DNA of 32,514 nucleotides from Candidatus Caldarchaeum sp. (GTDB lineage Archaea; Thermoproteota; Nitrososphaeria_A; Caldarchaeales; Caldarchaeaceae): NCBI GenBank assembly GCA_038831915.1, contig JAWBKB010000018.1, positions 1 to 32,514 of the forward strand, read 5' to 3'. Shown piece by piece: positions 28,780 to 32,514 of this stretch (position 1 is its first letter; each line of letters starts with the position of its first letter). The notes under the pieces were generated by a model. It saw only the letters and a program-made list of their open reading frames with translations, ran no database searches and was not told where the DNA came from. The position numbers and the translations under genes were made by a program.

Positions 28780-30035
28780 CCAGAGCCGACGTCATCGTCG
28801 GTCTTCAGTGGGGCGACGAAGGCAAGGGAAAAATCTCCTACGTTTTAGCCCGGAACGCCGAAACTGTTGTGAGGTTTCAAGGCGGCGCGAACGCAGGCCA
28901 CACGGTCAAAATCGGCGAAACACGTTACAAGTTCAACATGCTTCCAGCCGGAAGCCTTGCGGGACCACGGCCAGTCATAGCGGCTGGATGTCTCCTCGAC
29001 GTGGAAGCATTCATCCGAGAAGTCGAAATCCTCAAAAAAGCCGGACACAGGTACAGCCCCATAATTAGCAGGGCGGCGCACATCGTTCTTCCCGTCCACA
29101 AGCTGGTCGACGGCCGGATTGAACAGCTGCGTGGAACGGCCGTGGTTGGAACAACTTTACGGGGAATCGGGCCGGCTTACGCCGACAAAATGCTCCGAAC
29201 AGGGCTTCGGGCAGGTGAAGCAACAAACCCTGAGAAAGCAAAGCAGAGAATAGAGTTTCTACGCCGGCTTCACGGCGTCGAGTTTGAAGCCGATGTCGAC
29301 GTTCTCCGTGAAAAAATAGCTCCCTACCTGGGTGATGTTGAAGTTTTTCTCAACGATTTTTTGGATTCGGGGGGCCGCGTGCTGCTCGAAGGTGCTCAGG
29401 GCACTTTGTTGGACATCGACCATGGAACCTATCCATACGTGACGTCGTCTAACACGGTGGCGGCGAACGGCTTCACCAGCACAGGCATACCTGTTTCTCG
29501 GAAAGGCGTGATAACCGGTGTGATGAAAGCTTACACAACCCGCGTCGGCGCGGGCCCCTTTCCCACCGAAGTATCCGGCCAACTCGCTGAGAAGATTCGG
29601 GAATCAGGCGGCGAATACGGAACCACCACGGGAAGACCACGGAGAGTAGGATGGCTTGACATCCCAGCACTCAAATACGCGTGCAGGATAAACGGCGTCG
29701 ACCAAATCGCCGTAACCAAGCTCGACGTCCTATCTGAAATTCAGACCATCAAGGTGTGCATTAGATACCAAGTTGACGGCCGTGAAACGGAAAACTTCGC
29801 CGAAACCCTGCCATTTCTCGAACAAGTAAAGCCGGTGTATGTTGATTTCGACGAATGGCGGGCCCGTGACGACGACTGGCTCCGAGCCGTGAAAAATGGA
29901 TGGGACGAGCTGCCTCCCAACGTGCGGGAATATCTCGACTGGTTGGAGAAAACGCTTAAGGTCAAAATCGCGCTTGTCTCGGTAGGTGAGGAAGCATCGC
30001 TGATAGTTGGGAGAAAATATGCCTCGAAGCAATAA
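28776..30035 (+). CDS. purA: Adenylosuccinate synthetase
   Basis: QWGDEGKGK, GGANAGHT, EGAQG, GTYPYVTSS, TTGRPRR. Confidence 0.96.
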   Translation: MTRADVIVGLQWGDEGKGKISYVLARNAETVVRFQGGANAGHTVKIGETRYKFNMLPAGSLAGPRPVIAAGCLLDVEAFIREVEILKKAGHRYSPIISRAAHIVLPVHKLVDGRIEQLRGTAVVGTTLRGIGPAYADKMLRTGLRAGEATNPEKAKQRIEFLRRLHGVEFEADVDVLREKIAPYLGDVEVFLNDFLDSGGRVLLEGAQGTLLDIDHGTYPYVTSSNTVAANGFTSTGIPVSRKGVITGVMKAYTTRVGAGPFPTEVSGQLAEKIRESGGEYGTTTGRPRRVGWLDIPALKYACRINGVDQIAVTKLDVLSEIQTIKVCIRYQVDGRETENFAETLPFLEQVKPVYVDFDEWRARDDDWLRAVKNGWDELPPNVREYLDWLEKTLKVKIALVSVGEEASLIVGRKYASKQ

Positions 30036-31321
30036 CACCCGTCGACGGCCGCTACCGCGAAAAACTCCACGAATGCAGCAAATTCTTCAGCGAAAAAACA
30101 CTCATCCACTACCGACTCCTTATCGAAACAAAATACCTCACAGCGTTTCTCAAAGCAATCGGAAACCATGAAGACGCTGCCAAAGCCGCGGAGCTGGAGA
30201 AACATTTCACGGAGTTTTCGGTTGAAGACGCGGCTGAGGTCAAGAAAATCGAAGAGCTTGTTGGTCACGACGTTGTTGCTGCGGCGAAGTTTTTGGAGAA
30301 AAAACTCGAAGAACATGGCCTGCTCCATCTGAAGCCTTTCATCCATTACGGGCTAACGTCTGAAGACGTCAACAACATCGCCTACGCATTAGCGATATCC
30401 GGATTTCTCCGGGTCCTGACACCCGCGCTGAAAAACCTCACCGAAACACTGGTCAAATTAGCGGAGACACATGCATCAACACTTTTCCTCGCACGAACAC
30501 ATGGCCAACCAGCTGTTCCAACGACGTTCGGCAGCTTCATCGCCAACTATTCATACCGAATCGCCTACCTCACACGCCGTCTCAAAACAATCAAGCTTCA
30601 GGCCAAAATCGGCGGCGCCGTAGGCGACCTTTCAGCCCTCAAAACAACCTACCCCGAGGTCGACTGGCATCGCTTCGCGGAAAAATTTGTCGAAAACCTC
30701 GGCTTCGAATACAACCCTGCGTCGACACAAATTATTCCACACGAAAGAACATCGGAAATCTTGCAGACGACGGCTTTAGCGGCAGCTGTGGTGGCCAACC
30801 TGTGCAGAGACATGTGGCTGCTCGGCATGCTCGGACACATTACCTTCGAAAGAAAAACCGCAGAAATCCATTCGTCAACCATGCCGCAGAAGAAAAACCC
30901 GCTCATGTTTGAAAACGCGGAAGGAGCGGCTGACCTCGCATCACACCTGCTCAACTACATGGCCACGCGTTTGATATCTTCGAGGCTTCACCGCGACCTA
31001 TCCGACTCCGTCATCAAACGGTTCTACGGCACCGCGTTCGCACTCGTCCTCCTCGCCGTAAAAAACACAACACAAGCTCTTCAATCCATGCACGTTGATG
31101 CCGAAGCCATGAAAAAAGAAGTCGAAAATAACCCACAGGCACTCGCGGAAGCAATCCAGCTAAGCCTACGTAAACAAGGAATCGAAAACGCTTACCAAAT
31201 AGCGGGACAAATGCCGCCGACAGGCCCAGCACTCATAAAAACAATCACCGAAAAATACATCGAATCAGCAGTGGAAAAAACAACAAGGCTCCTGGACAGA
31301 ACAAAAAAACTAATGGCATAA
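30017..31321 (+). CDS. purB: Adenylosuccinate lyase (start codon unresolved)
   Basis: Frame open from 29990 encodes AITPVDGRY, HDV, TSED, RTHGQ, SSTMPQKKNP; ORF-track start 30293 omits about 90 conserved residues. Confidence 0.9.
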   Translation: MCLEAITPVDGRYREKLHECSKFFSEKTLIHYRLLIETKYLTAFLKAIGNHEDAAKAAELEKHFTEFSVEDAAEVKKIEELVGHDVVAAAKFLEKKLEEHGLLHLKPFIHYGLTSEDVNNIAYALAISGFLRVLTPALKNLTETLVKLAETHASTLFLARTHGQPAVPTTFGSFIANYSYRIAYLTRRLKTIKLQAKIGGAVGDLSALKTTYPEVDWHRFAEKFVENLGFEYNPASTQIIPHERTSEILQTTALAAAVVANLCRDMWLLGMLGHITFERKTAEIHSSTMPQKKNPLMFENAEGAADLASHLLNYMATRLISSRLHRDLSDSVIKRFYGTAFALVLLAVKNTTQALQSMHVDAEAMKKEVENNPQALAEAIQLSLRKQGIENAYQIAGQMPPTGPALIKTITEKYIESAVEKTTRLLDRTKKLMA

Positions 31322-31331
31322 ACACGGTCGG

Positions 31332-31772
31332 TTACTGTGCTTCAGATGTTGGCCACCATTTCCAGCCATCTTTCCACCTGGTCAAGCCATGTTTCGCACG
31401 TAGCTCCTCGTAGACGGCTTTCGCCTGCTTCATGAAACCATCATCCCGTAGAACTATTCCGTCGTAGACTATGTCGAGAGCAACAGGGCTGAGTTTACGG
31501 AGGGCGCTGAGAAAATCTTCAGGTGTGTAAGCCAGCGGCTGGACACCGCGAACCCGAGGCAGCTTGGTCAAATCAGGCAGGCCCCAAACGTTTCTCGGTA
31601 GATTTTCGCAGACGACGCACACATCGATGTCGCTTGCCTCCGTGAAACTGTCTTTCGCGTAGGAGCCGAACAAAACAACGCTTTTCACGGAGTAGCCCGC
31701 GGCTTCAAGCTCTTCGAGGAACCGACGGACTGATTCCAAAGCGCACTTTCGCAACTCATCCCTGAAAGACAA
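31332..31772 (-). CDS. Minimal nucleotidyltransferase (MNT)
   Basis: VLFGSYAK...SDIDV. Confidence 0.88.
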   Translation of the reverse strand: MSFRDELRKCALESVRRFLEELEAAGYSVKSVVLFGSYAKDSFTEASDIDVCVVCENLPRNVWGLPDLTKLPRVRGVQPLAYTPEDFLSALRKLSPVALDIVYDGIVLRDDGFMKQAKAVYEELRAKHGLTRWKDGWKWWPTSEAQ

Positions 31773-32148
31773 TCTTCCTCATCCATGAAAGCAGCTCAGA
31801 GGCCAGCTGAACAGCCTGTCTGGCCTGTGATTCGGTGTACCTGTCTTTGGCAGGGCCCGAGGCATAGGCGTTGGCGTAACGTGTCGGTATGTAGTACTGG
31901 TCGAGCACCCTGACATGGTCCTCGAATTTTCTCGCTTCAGGTAAGTGGCTGGAAACTTCTTCAAGCAGCTCGGTTAAGGCGTGACCCCGTCTTTCAACAC
32001 CCAACCTGTTGAGAACCGACTTCAACCCAAGCGCCGCAGCCTGCTGCGAGCTGAAACAGACCTTACTCCATCTCACTGTTCTGAGCAAATCTTGGGCCGC
32101 GGCGAGAAAGTCTTCAACATCGGCTAATAGGTCTCTGGATCGGTCCAT
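31756..32148 (-). CDS. HEPN domain protein (partner of MNT)
   Basis: CFSSQQAA..LK, GHAL..L, LDQYYIPTRY; overlaps MNT start. Confidence 0.85.
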   Translation of the reverse strand: MDRSRDLLADVEDFLAAAQDLLRTVRWSKVCFSSQQAAALGLKSVLNRLGVERRGHALTELLEEVSSHLPEARKFEDHVRVLDQYYIPTRYANAYASGPAKDRYTESQARQAVQLASELLSWMRKIVFQG

Positions 32149-32301
32149 CTACCACAACAAGTCGGCGCCGGCTATAAACACGTGGTGAAACTGTGTTTAC
32201 AAAGCTGATTTTGTGAAGTTCAGCTTCTCCACAGCGGCCGCCGGCGCGTAAGTCGGTATCTCCACTTCCCACCACTCCATCTCCAACTCCATCTCCCCTT
32301 A

Positions 32302-32379
32302 CTAAATTGTTGATTTGTTTTTCTTTTTTCTCGACTTTTTCCTTAATACTCTGTTGCAGTTGGGACATCTATCCCTGTT
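32302..32379 (-). pseudogene. 3' fragment of a Zn-ribbon gene homologous to 2560-3057
   Basis: Encodes NRDRCPNCNRVLRKKSRKKKNKSTI*; first 45 nt are 39/45 identical to 2986-3030. Confidence 0.75.
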
Positions 32380-32514
32380 GTCTCATCGACGGCTACAAGC
32401 CTCCTGGGCTTACGCATGGAATTGAAGACCCTCCCCAGCCTATGAACCCACTCCCCAACACTCTCCCTAGAGGCATACCTCTCAGACACATCCCTAAAGC
32501 TAAGACTTCTCAGA
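32379..32514 (-). mobile_element. IS6-family transposase remnant, truncated at the first catalytic Asp motif
   Basis: Own translation LRSLSFRDVSERYASRESVGEWVHRLGRVFNSMRKPRRLVAVDET then junk to TAA at 32343; HTH plus VDET typical of archaeal IS6. Confidence 0.7.

Noticed and set aside
4523-31232. Numerous antisense and alternate-frame ORFs in the track (e.g. 5763-6572, 27762-28253, 29741-30346)
   Set aside because: Shadows of well-conserved genes with no recognisable motifs
30293-31321. purB as an N-terminally truncated pseudogene
   Set aside because: The missing N-terminal 90 codons are intact and in frame upstream
32114-32368. 84-aa ORF from the track
   Set aside because: Out-of-frame reading of the Zn-ribbon fragment and runs through the HEPN promoter; low complexity

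Overview
Archaeal chromosomal window (gene content, ORB boxes and archaeal-type shikimate/CoA enzymes suggest a TACK archaeon, possibly Aigarchaeota/Caldarchaeales; the lineage is inference). Bases 1-3308 look like the right end of an integrated element closed by a duplicated tRNA-Val(TAC) 3' half (attR). This segment carries a shortened PCNA-like gene, a tandem AbrB-like/Zn-ribbon gene, and an unknown 290-aa ORF bracketed on both sides by strongly base-paired minus-strand RNA-like elements. The core (3346-31321) holds copper genes (cupredoxin, CopA), trm5, an asd-led archaeal shikimate operon lacking aroC, an ECF S component plus pantoate kinase, the replication origin (inverted ORBs) with cdc6/orc1, endonuclease V, methyltransferases, an HxlR/DoxX pair and guaB-purA-purB (purB has no in-frame canonical start codon). 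The right end has a HEPN-MNT pair and an IS6 transposase remnant fused to a fragment homologous to the Zn-ribbon gene of the left-end element.
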